A stretch of 64,000 bases of DNA, taken from NCBI RefSeq assembly GCF_000026545.1, contig NC_011601.1; one strand, written 5' to 3'. Positions 42,428-52,994 of the stretch are shown here, in pieces. This DNA comes from Escherichia coli O127:H6 str. E2348/69. Its GTDB lineage: Bacteria > Pseudomonadota > Gammaproteobacteria > Enterobacterales > Enterobacteriaceae. Below the pieces are notes generated by a model. It did not search any database. It worked only from the letters and a program-made list of their open reading frames with translations, and had not been told where the DNA came from. Numbering within the stretch: the first letter of the stretch is position 1; the number at the start of each line of letters is the position of its first letter. The position numbers and the translations under genes are program-made.

Positions 42428-43390
42428 ATGCGTCAGACTAAAACCGGTATCCTGCTGGCAAACCTGGGTACGCCCGATGCCCCCACACCTGAAGCGGTAA
42501 AACGCTATCTGAAACAATTTTTAAGCGACAGACGCGTGGTTGATACCTCACGGTTGTTATGGTGGCCGTTGCTGCGCGGCGTGATTTTGCCGCTGCGTTC
42601 GCCGCGTGTGGCGAAGCTGTATGCCTCTGTCTGGATGGAAGGTGGCTCGCCGCTGATGGTTTACAGCCGCCAGCAACAGCAGGCGCTGGCGCAACGTTTA
42701 CCGGAGACGCCCGTGGCGCTGGGAATGAGCTACGGCTCGCCATCACTGGAAAGCGCCGTAGATGAACTTCTGGCAGAGCATGTAGATCATATTGTGGTGC
42801 TGCCGCTTTATCCGCAATACTCCTGTTCAACGGTCGGTGCGGTATGGGATGAACTGGCACGCATTCTGGCGCGCAAACGTAGCATTCCGGGGATATCGTT
42901 TATTCGTGATTACGCCGATAACCACGATTATATTAATGCACTGGCGAACAGCGTACGTGCTTCTTTTGCCAAACATGGCGAACCGGATCTGTTGTTGCTC
43001 TCTTATCATGGCATTCCCCAGCGTTATGCAGATGAAGGCGATGATTACCCGCAACGTTGCCGCACAACAACTCGCGAACTCGCTTCCGCACTGGAGATGG
43101 CACCGGAAAAAGTGATGATGACCTTTCAGTCGCGCTTTGGCCGGGAACCCTGGCTGATGCCTTATACCGACGAAACGCTGAAAATGCTCGGAGAAAAAGG
43201 CGTGGGTCATATTCAGGTGATGTGCCCGGGCTTTGCTGCGGATTGTCTGGAGACGCTGGAAGAGATTGCCGAGCAAAACCGTGAAGTCTTCCTCGGCGCT
43301 GGCGGGAAAAAATATGAATATATTCCGGCGCTTAATGCCACGTCGGAACATATCGAAATGATGGCTAATCTTGTTGCCGCGTATCGCTAA
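42428..43390 (+). CDS. hemH: Ferrochelatase
   Basis: 320-aa [41 protein letters not shown]..., matches HemH. Confidence 0.96.
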   Translation: MRQTKTGILLANLGTPDAPTPEAVKRYLKQFLSDRRVVDTSRLLWWPLLRGVILPLRSPRVAKLYASVWMEGGSPLMVYSRQQQQALAQRLPETPVALGMSYGSPSLESAVDELLAEHVDHIVVLPLYPQYSCSTVGAVWDELARILARKRSIPGISFIRDYADNHDYINALANSVRASFAKHGEPDLLLLSYHGIPQRYADEGDDYPQRCRTTTRELASALEMAPEKVMMTFQSRFGREPWLMPYTDETLKMLGEKGVGHIQVMCPGFAADCLETLEEIAEQNREVFLGAGGKKYEYIPALNATSEHIEMMANLVAAYR

Positions 43391-44346
43391 AGCTGAGCGG
43401 TAAAGAACTGAGCGCCGTCGAGAAGAGCCTCGTCGGCGGTTTTCATCATCCGTGAATAATGCAAAAAGGCGTGCAGCGTGCCTGGGTAGAGTTTGAACTC
43501 ACAGGGCTGCTGATGCGCCGCTAACGTCTGGTAAAGCAGACGGCTGTCATCCAGCAGTGGATCGAACTCCGCCCCGGCAATAAAACAGGGCGGAACTTCG
43601 CGAGTGAGATCATTATTAAACAGGCAGTAATATGGCGACTCGCGGTCCGCGTCGTTGCTTAAATACGCCTCTTCATACATCTGCAAATCCTGTTGCGTTA
43701 AGCCATCCCAGACACCACCCAACAGACGACGAGTCACGGAATCCCGTAATCCGTAAAGCCCATACCACAGCAAAACGCCCGCAACTTTACCGCAATCGAT
43801 CTGTTTATCGCGCAACCACAACGCACTGGCGAGCGCCAGCATGGCACCTGCGGAATCACCGGCAAAACCAATGCGGGACATATTGATTTGATAATCCTCC
43901 GCCTGCTGGTGGAAATAACAACAGGCAGCCACAATTTCCTCTATCGCTTGCGGAAAACGCGCTTCAGGTGAAAGGGTGTAATCAATGCCAATCACCGTAC
44001 ATTGGCTGTAGCTTGCCAGCAGGCGCATGATGCGATCGTGGGTATCGAGATTGCCGAGAATAAAACCGCCTCCATGCAAATAAAATAGCGTCGCCGGGCT
44101 ATCTGGCTGCGGATAAAAGATACGTGTTTTCACCTGCCCATATTTTGTTGGAACCCTGTAAGCTCTGGTTGCCATTTCTGGAGCGCCCACATTCCAGAAT
44201 CGGCGCTCAAGCGTGTAATACTGTCGTTGCTCAGCAATCGTTCCCGTTGCAGGCCAGGGCGGTAAATCCGGCTGAAGAGTATTCACAACGGTCTTCATTT
44301 CAGCAGAGATAAGGTCCAGAACGGGTAATTTGTTTTCCGGCTTCAT
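43387..44346 (-). CDS. aes: Acetyl esterase Aes (alpha/beta hydrolase, HSL family)
   Basis: 319-aa ORF with HGGGF oxyanion-hole motif and GDSAG nucleophile elbow; 3' end overlaps the hemH 3' end by 4 bp. Confidence 0.95.
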   Translation of the reverse strand: MKPENKLPVLDLISAEMKTVVNTLQPDLPPWPATGTIAEQRQYYTLERRFWNVGAPEMATRAYRVPTKYGQVKTRIFYPQPDSPATLFYLHGGGFILGNLDTHDRIMRLLASYSQCTVIGIDYTLSPEARFPQAIEEIVAACCYFHQQAEDYQINMSRIGFAGDSAGAMLALASALWLRDKQIDCGKVAGVLLWYGLYGLRDSVTRRLLGGVWDGLTQQDLQMYEEAYLSNDADRESPYYCLFNNDLTREVPPCFIAGAEFDPLLDDSRLLYQTLAAHQQPCEFKLYPGTLHAFLHYSRMMKTADEALLDGAQFFTAQL

Positions 44347-44497
44347 GCAAAAACTCCTTTCAAATTACGTCATTGTAAGGAACCACTGCCATGAAAATGC
44401 GATCCCGCCTGCTGATATTGAAACTGGCTGCGTCTCGCGCGCTCCCGTCAGATTGTGTTAACATTCGCCGCTCAGTTAACCACCCGTAAAAACAACC

Positions 44498-45802
44498 ATG
44501 AAATTTCCCGGTAAACGTAAATCCAAACATTACTTCCCCGTAAATGCACGCGATCCGCTGCTTCAGCAATTCCAGCCAGAAAACGAAACCAGCGCCGCCT
44601 GGGTAGTGGGTATCGATCAAACGCTGGTCGATATTGAAGCGAAAGTGGATGATGAATTCATTGAGCGTTATGGATTAAGCGCCGGGCATTCATTGGTGAT
44701 TGAGGATGACGTTGCCGAAGCGCTTTATCAGGAACTAAAACAGAAAAACCTGATTACCCATCAGTTTGCGGGTGGCACCATTGGTAACACCATGCACAAC
44801 TACTCGGTGCTCGCGGACGACCGTTCGGTGCTGCTGGGCGTCATGTGCAGCAATATTGAAATTGGCAGCTATGCCTATCGTTACCTGTGTAACACCTCCA
44901 GCCGTACCGATCTTAACTATCTACAAGGCGTGGATGGCCCAATTGGTCGTTGCTTTACGCTGATTGGCGAGTCCGGGGAACGTACCTTTGCTATCAGCCC
45001 CGGCCACATGAACCAGCTGCGGGCTGAAAGTATTCCGGAAGATGTGATTGCCGGAGCCTCGGCACTGGTTCTCACCTCTTATCTGGTGCGTTGCAAGCCG
45101 GGTGAACCCATGCCGGAAGCAACCATGAAAGCCATTGAGTACGCGAAGAAATATAACGTACCGGTGGTGCTGACGCTGGGCACCAAGTTTGTCATTGCCG
45201 AGAATCCGCAGTGGTGGCAGCAATTCCTCAAAGACCACGTCTCTATCCTTGCGATGAACGAAGATGAAGCCGAAGCGTTGACCGGAGAAAGCGATCCGTT
45301 GTTGGCATCTGACAAGGCGCTGGACTGGGTAGATCTGGTGCTGTGCACCGCCGGGCCAATCGGCTTGTATATGGCAGGCTTTACCGAAGACGAAGCGAAA
45401 CGTAAAACCCAGCATCCGCTGCTGCCGGGTGCTATAGCGGAATTTAACCAGTATGAGTTTAGCCGCGCCATGCGCCACAAGGATTGCCAGAATCCGCTGC
45501 GTGTCTATTCGCACATTGCGCCGTATATGGGCGGGCCGGAAAAAATCATGAACACTAACGGAGCAGGGGATGGCGCACTGGCAGCGTTGCTGCATGACAT
45601 TACCGCCAACAGCTACCACCGTAGCAACGTACCAAACTCCAGCAAACATAAATTCACCTGGTTAACTTATTCATCGTTAGCGCAGGTGTGTAAATATGCT
45701 AACCGTGTGAGCTATCAGGTACTGAACCAGCATTCACCTCGTTTAACGCGCGGCTTGCCGGAGCGTGAAGACAGCCTGGAAGAGTCTTACTGGGATCGTT
45801 AA
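44498..45802 (+). CDS. gsk: Inosine-guanosine kinase
   Basis: 434-aa ORF MKFPGKRKSKHYFPVNARDPLLQQFQPENETSAAWVVGIDQTLVD..., matches Gsk. Confidence 0.96.
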   Translation: MKFPGKRKSKHYFPVNARDPLLQQFQPENETSAAWVVGIDQTLVDIEAKVDDEFIERYGLSAGHSLVIEDDVAEALYQELKQKNLITHQFAGGTIGNTMHNYSVLADDRSVLLGVMCSNIEIGSYAYRYLCNTSSRTDLNYLQGVDGPIGRCFTLIGESGERTFAISPGHMNQLRAESIPEDVIAGASALVLTSYLVRCKPGEPMPEATMKAIEYAKKYNVPVVLTLGTKFVIAENPQWWQQFLKDHVSILAMNEDEAEALTGESDPLLASDKALDWVDLVLCTAGPIGLYMAGFTEDEAKRKTQHPLLPGAIAEFNQYEFSRAMRHKDCQNPLRVYSHIAPYMGGPEKIMNTNGAGDGALAALLHDITANSYHRSNVPNSSKHKFTWLTYSSLAQVCKYANRVSYQVLNQHSPRLTRGLPEREDSLEESYWDR

Positions 45803-45816
45803 GTTATCGTCGGTTC

Positions 45817-45900
45817 GTAGGCCAGATAAGGCGTTCACGCCGCATCTGGCATTTTGCTTTCAATGCCTGATGCGACGCTGGCGCGTCTTATCAGGCCTAC
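45817..45900. repeat. BIME: two inverted REP elements downstream of gsk
   Basis: gtaggccagataaggcgttcacgccgcatctggca and gcctgatgcgacgctggcgcgtcttatcaggcctac in opposite orientation. Confidence 0.65.
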
Positions 45901-45931
45901 ATATCCGCGCCTATTATCCGGCAACCACCGT

Positions 45932-47608
45932 TTACCCCGTCACCACCTCACCCGCCGGTGGCGTTTCCAGCAGTTCCAGCATAGTACGGGCAATTTCACG
46001 CTCACCCATCACTACCTGATTCGCACCACGTTCGGTGATATACGCCACTTCATCGTCATAATGGGCGCGGGCAATAATCTCAATATCCGGATTTTTCGCG
46101 CGGGCAGATGCCACAATCTCGCCCGCTTCATAGCCGTTGGGAATCGTCAGGATCAGCCATTTTGCACATTCCAGATGCGCCAGTTGCATAATTTCTTCGT
46201 TCGCCGCATTGCCCAATACTGCGCGGACCCCGCGCTCGCGCAGCTCATCAACACGGGTTCGTGACGTCTCAATCACCACCAGCGGAATATCAGAGGCGAG
46301 CAATTTCTCCCCCAGCAGGCTGCCTACACGACCGTAACCCACCAGTAGCGCATGGTTGCAAATATCCACTGGGATCTGCTTCTCTTCTTCGATTGCCTCT
46401 TCCAGCGTCTGCTCTTCCAGCGTTTCGGTCTTCGCCAGATATTTCTCCAGTAGTGCGAACAGTACCGGGTTGAGCATAATCGACAGGATCGCCCCTGCCA
46501 GTACCAGGTTTTGTCCGGCCTGCGGCAGTAAATTCAATGCCATTCCTAGTCCCGCCAGGATAAACGCGAACTCACCAATCTGCGCCAGGCTGGCGGCGAT
46601 GGTTAACGCCGTGCGCTGGGAGTGACCAAACAAACGCACAAGGAACAGGGCCGCGACCGATTTACCAAACAGAATAATTGCCAGCGTCGCCAGTACTGCC
46701 AGCGGTTGCTGAATCAGAATTAACGGATCAAACAACATCCCGACGGAGACAAAAAACAGCACCGCAAACGCGTCGCGCAATGGCAGTGTATCGTGGGCGG
46801 CACGGTGACTCAGTTCAGACTCGTTCAGTACCATCCCGGCAAAGAACGCACCGAGTGCAAAGGAGACATCAAACAGCTCTACCGCACCAAAGGCAATCCC
46901 TAACGCCAGCGCCAGCACCGACAGGGTAAACAGCTCGCGGGAACCGGTTGCTGCGCTGCGTGCCATAATCCACGGCACCAGACGGCGACCTACCAGCATC
47001 ATAATGGCGATAAATGCGATCACCTTGCCGATGGTGATCCCCATATCGACTGCAAGAGTGGCAAAGCCCACATCGCCCTGTTCCATCATTCCTGCTACCG
47101 CGGGTAGCAATACCAGCGTCAGGACCATCACCAGGTCTTCCACAATCAACCAACCGATGGCGATTTGCCCACGCTGACTGTCAATTAATTGCCGTTCTTC
47201 AAGTGCGCGCAGTAACACCACGGTACTGGCGGTGGAAAGACATAAGCCGAACACGATACCGGTCATTAACGACCAGCCCAGCACGGCGGAGAGCGCCATA
47301 CCCAGCAGCGTCGCCACGGCTATCTGGGCGATCGCGCCGGGAATGGCGATGGACTTTACCGCCATCAAATCCTTGAGCGAAAAATGCAAACCGACGCCGA
47401 ACATCAGCAAAATAACGCCCAGTTCAGCCAGTTCCGGCGCAAGCTTGGTATCGGCAACAAAGCCCGGAGTGAATGGTCCTGCCAGCACACCCGCTAACAG
47501 ATATCCCACCAGAGGAGAAATACGTAGTTTATTGGCCAGCATGCCGAGGATAAAGGCGAGCACAAGGCCGCCAACAATGGTGGTGATAAGCGGGGTGGTG
47601 TGATGCAT
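45932..47608 (-). CDS. ybaL: CPA2-family cation:proton antiporter with C-terminal TrkA-N/RCK domain (YbaL)
   Basis: 558-aa ORF with multi-TM N-terminal domain and Rossmann-like motif VGYGRVGS. Confidence 0.94.
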   Translation of the reverse strand: MHHTTPLITTIVGGLVLAFILGMLANKLRISPLVGYLLAGVLAGPFTPGFVADTKLAPELAELGVILLMFGVGLHFSLKDLMAVKSIAIPGAIAQIAVATLLGMALSAVLGWSLMTGIVFGLCLSTASTVVLLRALEERQLIDSQRGQIAIGWLIVEDLVMVLTLVLLPAVAGMMEQGDVGFATLAVDMGITIGKVIAFIAIMMLVGRRLVPWIMARSAATGSRELFTLSVLALALGIAFGAVELFDVSFALGAFFAGMVLNESELSHRAAHDTLPLRDAFAVLFFVSVGMLFDPLILIQQPLAVLATLAIILFGKSVAALFLVRLFGHSQRTALTIAASLAQIGEFAFILAGLGMALNLLPQAGQNLVLAGAILSIMLNPVLFALLEKYLAKTETLEEQTLEEAIEEEKQIPVDICNHALLVGYGRVGSLLGEKLLASDIPLVVIETSRTRVDELRERGVRAVLGNAANEEIMQLAHLECAKWLILTIPNGYEAGEIVASARAKNPDIEIIARAHYDDEVAYITERGANQVVMGEREIARTMLELLETPPAGEVVTG

Positions 47609-47846
47609 TCCGTCTCCTTTTCCTGGTGGTTATTGTCCATTTTTGGCCGGGAAAACCAAAATTACAGGTAATAGTTTATGACAATTTCATTGATGATGTT
47701 TATGAATAATTGTTGAATTTTGCAGAAAAATGGAATTAGCTGCAAAAAAAAGCACGGATCGGAAAACAGAAGGCGGTTTAACAGAGGAAAGGCTTATGGC
47801 GACTGTAAAACGATGCAGCCAAAGTTTGCCTTTGGCTGCAATGAAA

Positions 47847-49067
47847 TCAGTCTTTATGCCGGTTATCAGGCAGGAATATGGTCAACATCCCCAATAGTGG
47901 CAGGAAAGCACAGATTTTATAGACTAACTCTATGCTGGTGTGGTCGGCGATAAGCCCCAGAACTGCCGCCCCCAGACCTCCCATGCCGAAAGCAAAACCG
48001 AAAAATAGTCCAGAAACCATACCGATACGTCCCGGAAGCAGCTCCTGGGCATAGACCAGAATGGCAGAGAATGCCGAAGCGAGGATAAATCCAATAATCA
48101 CCGTTAAAACCCCCGTCCAGTGCAGGCTGGCGTAGGGTAAAATCAGCGTAAACGGCGCAACGCCGAGGATAGAGCCCCAAATCACATATTTCCGTCCAAT
48201 TTTATCCCCTACAGGCCCGCCAATCACCGTACCTGCCGCAACGGCAAACAGGAAGGCAAACAAATGAAGCTGAGCATTCTGGATAGATAATCCGAATTTT
48301 TGCATCAGATAAAAGGTGTAATAGCTGCTGATGCTCGCCATATAGAAATATTTCGAGAAAATGAGGATTAACAGAATGCTGACCGCCAGAACAACTTTAT
48401 TGCGCGGCAGTGGATTGATAATCGTCGCTTTGGGTTTTCCTTTATTCATTCGGTGCTGTGCCGAGTACCAACGGCTGATTTGCGCCAACACCACGATCGC
48501 CAGCAGTGCCGCAAGCACAAACCAGGCAACGTTGCCTTTGCCATAAGGCGCGATAATCACCGCCGCCAGCAAGGGGCCCAGGGAACTGCCAAAGTTGCCG
48601 CCGACCTGAAATATAGATTGCGCCAGGCCATGACGCCCGCCGGAAGCCATACGGGCCACGCGAGAAGATTCCGGATGAAAGACCGATGAACCGGTACCGA
48701 CCAGCGCCGCTGCCAGCAGAACTGCGCCAAAACTGCCCGCCAGCGCCAGCAGCACCAGACCACTTAAGGTAAAACACATGCCAATCGGCAACGACCACGG
48801 CATCGGATATTTATCGGTCCAGTAGCCGACCACCGGTTGCAGTAGCGAAGAGGCGAGCTGGAAGGTGAGGGTTATCATGCCAATCTGCATAAATGTCAGA
48901 GAAAATTCTGACTGAAGCAGTGGATAAATCGCCAGAATCAGCGATTGGATCATGTCGTTCAGCAGATGTGAGAGGCTGATAGCACCTAAAATACCAAACG
49001 ATGTTCGGGCCTTAGTCGTTGACGCAGCCGCGCCCGCCACAGGCTGGGTTTGTTCACTCATTGCCAT
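47847..49067 (-). CDS. fsr: MFS transporter Fsr (fosmidomycin resistance)
   Basis: 406-aa 12-TM ORF MAMSEQTQPVAGAAASTTKARTSFGILGAISLSHLLNDMIQ... Confidence 0.94.
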   Translation of the reverse strand: MAMSEQTQPVAGAAASTTKARTSFGILGAISLSHLLNDMIQSLILAIYPLLQSEFSLTFMQIGMITLTFQLASSLLQPVVGYWTDKYPMPWSLPIGMCFTLSGLVLLALAGSFGAVLLAAALVGTGSSVFHPESSRVARMASGGRHGLAQSIFQVGGNFGSSLGPLLAAVIIAPYGKGNVAWFVLAALLAIVVLAQISRWYSAQHRMNKGKPKATIINPLPRNKVVLAVSILLILIFSKYFYMASISSYYTFYLMQKFGLSIQNAQLHLFAFLFAVAAGTVIGGPVGDKIGRKYVIWGSILGVAPFTLILPYASLHWTGVLTVIIGFILASAFSAILVYAQELLPGRIGMVSGLFFGFAFGMGGLGAAVLGLIADHTSIELVYKICAFLPLLGMLTIFLPDNRHKD

Positions 49068-49284
49068 AGGAAAGTCACTTTTTCAGGGTTGCGATGTAAA
49101 GAATGATCTTATTTGTGATTATTACCCGACTAACATACCTGTATGCGCCGCCTGAAGGAAGTCTCAACGCGGAATACAGAATTTCTAATCTGGATGCAGA
49201 TTTATCTTCACCGGACGCAGACTTGTTTATGATGTCGCGTCATACTATTTTTCAACACGTTGAAATCAGGTCAGGGAGAGAAGT

Positions 49285-50937
49285 ATGAAATTATTGCAGC
49301 GGGGCGTGGCGTTAGCACTGTTAACCACATTTACACTGGCGAGTGAAACTGCTCTGGCGTACGAGCAGGATAAAACCTACAAAATTACAGTTCTGCACAC
49401 CAATGATCATCATGGGCATTTTTGGCGCAATGAATATGGTGAATATGGTCTGGCGGCGCAAAAAACGCTGGTGGATGGTATCCGCAAAGAGGTTGCGGCT
49501 GAAGGCGGTAGCGTGCTGCTACTTTCCGGTGGCGACATTAACACTGGCGTGCCCGAGTCCGACTTACAGGATGCCGAACCTGATTTTCGCGGTATGAATC
49601 TGGTGGGCTATGACGCGATGGCGATCGGTAATCATGAATTTGATAACCCGCTCACCGTATTACGCCAGCAGGAAAAGTGGGCTAAGTTCCCGTTGCTTTC
49701 CGCCAATATCTACCAGAAAAGTACCGGCGAGCGCCTGTTTAAACCATGGGCGCTGTTTAAGCGTCAGGATCTGAAAATTGCCGTTATTGGCCTGACGACG
49801 GATGACACAGCCAAAATTGGTAATCCGGAATATTTCACTGATATCGAATTTCGTAAGCCCGCTGATGAAGCGAAGCTGGTGATTCAGGAGCTGCAACAGA
49901 CAGAAAAGCCAGACATTATTATCGCGGCGACCCATATGGGGCATTACGACAATGGTGAGCACGGCTCTAACGCACCGGGCGATGTGGAGATGGCACGCGC
50001 GCTGCCTGCCGGATCGCTGGCGATGATCGTCGGTGGTCACTCGCAAGATCCGGTCTGTATGGCGGCAGAAAACAAAAAACAGGTCGATTACGTGCCGGGT
50101 ACGCCATGCAAACCGGATCAACAAAACGGCATCTGGATTGTGCAGGCGCATGAGTGGGGCAAATACGTGGGACGGGCTGATTTTGAGTTTCGTAATGGCG
50201 AAATGAAAATGGTTAACTACCAGCTGATTCCGGTGAACCTGAAGAAGAAAGTGACCTGGGAAGACGGGAAAAGCGAGCGCGTGCTGTACACCCCTGAAAT
50301 CGCTGAAAACCAGCAAATGATCTCGCTGTTATCACCGTTCCAGAACAAAGGCAAAGCGCAGCTGGAAGTGAAAATAGGCGAAACCAATGGTCGTCTGGAA
50401 GGCGATCGTGACAAAGTGCGTTTTGTACAGACCAATATGGGGCGGTTGATTCTGGCAGCACAAATGGATCGCACTGGTGCCGACTTTGCGGTGATGAGCG
50501 GAGGCGGAATTCGTGATTCTATCGAAGCAGGTGATATCAGCTATAAAAACGTACTGAAAGTGCAGCCATTCGGCAATGTGGTGGTGTATGCCGACATGAC
50601 CGGTAAAGAGGTGATTGATTACCTGACCGCCGTCGCACAAATGAAGCCAGATTCAGGTGCCTACCCGCAATTTGCCAACGTTAGCTTTGTGGCGAAAGAC
50701 GGCAAACTGGACGACCTTAAAATCAAAGGCGAACCGGTCGATCCGGCGAAAACTTATCGTATGGCGACATTAAACTTCAATGCCACCGGCGGTGATGGCT
50801 ATCCGCGCCTTGATAACAAACCGGGCTATGTGAATACCGGCTTTATTGATGCCGAAGTGCTGAAAGCGTATATCCAGAAAAGCTCGCCGCTGGATGTGAG
50901 TGTTTATGAACCGAAAGGTGAGGTGAGCTGGCAGTAA
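49285..50937 (+). CDS. ushA: Periplasmic 5'-nucleotidase / UDP-sugar hydrolase UshA
   Basis: 550-aa ORF with signal peptide and metallophosphoesterase motifs (HTNDHHGH, GNHEFD). Confidence 0.96.
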   Translation: MKLLQRGVALALLTTFTLASETALAYEQDKTYKITVLHTNDHHGHFWRNEYGEYGLAAQKTLVDGIRKEVAAEGGSVLLLSGGDINTGVPESDLQDAEPDFRGMNLVGYDAMAIGNHEFDNPLTVLRQQEKWAKFPLLSANIYQKSTGERLFKPWALFKRQDLKIAVIGLTTDDTAKIGNPEYFTDIEFRKPADEAKLVIQELQQTEKPDIIIAATHMGHYDNGEHGSNAPGDVEMARALPAGSLAMIVGGHSQDPVCMAAENKKQVDYVPGTPCKPDQQNGIWIVQAHEWGKYVGRADFEFRNGEMKMVNYQLIPVNLKKKVTWEDGKSERVLYTPEIAENQQMISLLSPFQNKGKAQLEVKIGETNGRLEGDRDKVRFVQTNMGRLILAAQMDRTGADFAVMSGGGIRDSIEAGDISYKNVLKVQPFGNVVVYADMTGKEVIDYLTAVAQMKPDSGAYPQFANVSFVAKDGKLDDLKIKGEPVDPAKTYRMATLNFNATGGDGYPRLDNKPGYVNTGFIDAEVLKAYIQKSSPLDVSVYEPKGEVSWQ

Positions 50938-50944
50938 TCCGAAA

Positions 50945-50968
50945 GTGCCGGATATTTGCATCCGGCAC
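50945..50968. terminator. Putative bidirectional terminator between convergent ushA and ybaK
   Basis: Perfect inverted repeat gtgccggat-atttgc-atccggcac. Confidence 0.55.
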
Positions 50969-50973
50969 AATGC

Positions 50974-51468
<495 letters not shown>

Positions 51469-51573
51469 TTAAACAAAAAACGAAGCAAGCATACGCCTGA
51501 TGGCGGTCCCAAAAAAAGAGTCATCTTGCCTAAGAGTATTGGCAGGATGGTGAGATTGAGCGACAATCGACTT

Positions 51574-51657
51574 ACACCGTCGCTTAAAGTGACGGCATAA
51601 TAATAAAAATATGAAATTCCTCTTTGACGGGCCAATAGCGATATTGGCCATTTTTTT
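51574..51657 (+). ncRNA. chiX: Small regulatory RNA ChiX (MicM/SroB)
   Basis: ACACCGTCGCTTAAAGTGACGGCATAATAATAAAAATATGAAATTCCTCTTTGACGGGCCAATAGCGATATTGGCCATTTTTTT matches ChiX from memory, ending in a terminator hairpin (GGCCAATAGCGATATTGGCC) plus U-run; ybaK-ybaP intergenic as in K-12. Confidence 0.9.
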
Positions 51658-52450
51658 AGCGCAACATCTGCGGCAAATTCCCTTCTCCATACAGATGTAA
51701 AGCACCGACCGCGACCACATAGCGCCCCGGCGGCATGTCGCGTAATTTGTCCCGCCAGGCGAGATTTCGCTGATGCATCAGCACATCGTACAGCGACTGA
51801 CTGAATGTATTGGGCAGCGTTATTTCATTATTTTGCGGCGGCGCATTCAGCCACCAGCCCATCATTTGTTGCAGCAACCGTGCATTGGTGTGCCAGTGGG
51901 TCAGCGTATCGTCCAGCAGCGCCAGTCCTTTGTCAGGGAGCTGGAGCAACATGGCAATCTGTTTTTCTGCGCCTTCCAGTTCAATTACAGGTTTATGTTG
52001 TTGCTTCGCCGCCTGCAATAGCTGGTAATCGATACCATATTCTGCCCGCAGCCCCAGTTTTTGCGCCTGCGTCGCCTGAAGAACCATCGCGATTTGCCAC
52101 AACGGTTGAGTAGAAAAGAGTGACGGAGAAATGCCCATCTCCTGGCTAATGTGCTGCAGGTTTTGGAGTTGCTCCTCGCTAATGCGCTCTTCCAGTGCCT
52201 CGCAGGCAGGCAAATTGGCAAAAGGCGTATCGCTGGTGGAAACATCCGCCTCGACGATCAGCGCATCGGCGTTTTTGAGCTTTTTGAGCAAACGGGTGGG
52301 CAGGGGAGCCATATCGTGGCTACCCATATGAATACTGCCGATCAGATGAAAATGGCGATTGCCGGGAAGAGAGATATCGATAGCAGGCCAGGTGTAATGA
52401 TTACCGCGCAGCGCGGCCCAAAGCGTTTTTACCCGGTACAACAGATCCAT
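51656..52450 (-). CDS. ybaP: TraB-family protein YbaP
   Basis: 264-aa ORF MDLLYRVKTLWAALRGNHYTWPAIDISLPGNRHFHLIGSIHMG... Confidence 0.92.
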   Translation of the reverse strand: MDLLYRVKTLWAALRGNHYTWPAIDISLPGNRHFHLIGSIHMGSHDMAPLPTRLLKKLKNADALIVEADVSTSDTPFANLPACEALEERISEEQLQNLQHISQEMGISPSLFSTQPLWQIAMVLQATQAQKLGLRAEYGIDYQLLQAAKQQHKPVIELEGAEKQIAMLLQLPDKGLALLDDTLTHWHTNARLLQQMMGWWLNAPPQNNEITLPNTFSQSLYDVLMHQRNLAWRDKLRDMPPGRYVVAVGALHLYGEGNLPQMLR

Positions 52451-52595
52451 ACGACCTCCCTTTGTGAAATATCATGCTAGCGCGCGGGGAGGGATGGCGC
52501 AAATCGCAAATGGAGTTGGGGACTTGTTTGATGTGTTTGTATGCTTCAGTATGTTCCTGTATCGCTATTTCACAAGGAAGCAACAGTTAAAAACC

Positions 52596-52937
52596 ATGAA
52601 ACAGGCAACAAGAAAACCGACGACACCTGGAGATATTCTTCTCTATGAATATCTGGAACCGCTCGATTTGAAAATCAATGAGTTAGCAGAGTTGCTGCAT
52701 GTTCATCGTAATAGCGTCAGTGCACTGATCAATAATAATCGTAAACTCACCACTGAAATGGCATTCCGTCTGGCGAAAGTTTTTGATACCACAGTCGATT
52801 TTTGGCTAAACCTCCAGGCGGCAGTTGATCTTTGGGAAGTTGAAAACAACATGCGTACCCAGGAAGAATTGGGACGGATTGAAACAGTGGCTGAATATTT
52901 GGCACGCCGTGAAGAGCGTGCAAAAAAGGTCGCGTAG
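52596..52937 (+). CDS. ybaQ: XRE-family HTH protein YbaQ (HigA-antitoxin-like)
   Basis: ORF-track frame 52464..52937; start at MKQATRKPTTPGDILLYEYLEPLDLKINELAELLHVHRNSVSALINNNRKLT gives 113 aa with an HTH. Confidence 0.88.
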   Translation: MKQATRKPTTPGDILLYEYLEPLDLKINELAELLHVHRNSVSALINNNRKLTTEMAFRLAKVFDTTVDFWLNLQAAVDLWEVENNMRTQEELGRIETVAEYLARREERAKKVA

Positions 52938-52994
52938 AATAATTTCCCTATAACGGATGCGCCACCCTAAAGCAGTGCATCCGTAATGATGTAA

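Noticed and set aside
44921-45649. 242-aa minus-strand ORF inside gsk
   Set aside because: Antisense to a conserved gene; no support.
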